Source: Balanoglossus misakiensis (Eukaryota; Animalia; Hemichordata). Taken from it: a DNA stretch of 64,000 bases. Location: assembly GCA_040954595.2 (NCBI GenBank), contig CM082594.2, forward strand, positions 1,692,247-1,756,246. Reading direction: 5' to 3'. Under the pieces are notes generated by a model, which was not told where the DNA came from, did not search any database, and worked only from the letters and a program-made list of their open reading frames with translations. Made by a program: the position numbers and the translations under genes. Below are positions 63,258 through 64,000 of this stretch, piece by piece; the first letter of the stretch is position 1; each line of letters opens with the position of its first letter.

Positions 63258-64000
63258 AAACACTGCTTGAATTTCTACAATTATTAAGCAAACGGAAGCT
63301 TCACTAACACATAGGCGTACACACAGAGCACGCGGCACGATAATTGTGTGCGTGGCCAGCTGATTGACCATATAATTTTTATGGGAGAGAGCGGTTTTGT
63401 CTTGTTATATCCTACAAAAAGTGACCATATTAAAGTGGAGAAATAATGACCTGATAATTTGTGTGGCCGATCGACCGTCCCTATCTAAGGCCTATATTGG
63501 TATGTTATGCAAGACACACTATTCGAAATAACGCCTGTCCGACAGTCCGAGACTGGTTGTTTTTCCATCAGACTGATAGTAAAAAAGTTACCAGTCCGGC
63601 GGACAGGTTGAATTTAGCGTGGAGTTGACTTGTTTGCGGTATCATAGACGTACGTGACCCCATCGTGACCCTGGCTGTCCGGGATAGCACCACCAACGAT
63701 ATCTTTTAGACCATCCTCTGTTTATTAGCCCCCTATTGCAATTAATTACCGTCCCTATCTTATATTGGAGGGAACGGGTTTGTCTTGGCATGTTATGCAA
63801 AACACTTGAAAGATGAATTTTTTTTAAAAAAATGACGTTTATGACATACAGATGTAACCGACCCCATCAGGTCCCAATGATATATATTTACATCATACAC
63901 CAAATTGGACTTAAAAACCAAAAATTGAAAGCCGCTGGAGTTTCTGCGACTATGAACTCAACGTAAGCTGGACACTACTCACTCCGAGCCCGACCTGGTA

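Larger units (their letters stand above)
61582..64000. repeat. 5S rDNA tandem array, ~1058-1059-bp unit, runs off the window
   Basis: ATATCTTTTAGACCATCC at 61582, 62640 and 63699. Confidence 0.97.

Overview
Repeat-dense animal genomic DNA with spliceosomal introns and microsatellites. The 5S rRNA looks like that of an invertebrate deuterostome, possibly a hemichordate, but that is recollection rather than a search result. From left to right the window holds: (1) a decayed IS3EU-type DDE transposon with a convergent G2E3-like HECT ubiquitin-ligase ORF, split by a 1.5-kb MULE-like insertion; (2) a palindromic foldback array with an Academ-like insertion; (3) a ~7.8-kb near-identical tandem duplication carrying a Crypton (tyrosine recombinase) element, which has a terminal hairpin and captured exons; (4) Helentron-type non-autonomous elements and a cluster of orphan short ORFs; (5) a second, three-exon IS3EU transposase whose end abuts a truncated 5' LTR; (6) a young Ty3/Gypsy LTR retrotransposon (tRNA-Ser PBS, TTTAAAC -1 frameshift) interrupted by three different DNA transposons whose removal restores the reading frames; (7) a two-exon Methuselah/adhesion-like family-B GPCR gene with a 1-bp frameshift in TM7; (8) an I-PpoI-like His-Cys-box nuclease ORF directly abutting the edge of a 1.06-kb-period 5S rDNA array. 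I cannot prove a new system from sequence alone. The best candidates are the IS3EU+HECT pairing, the His-Me nuclease at the 5S array edge, and the Crypton architecture. All family assignments come from motif recognition, not database searches.
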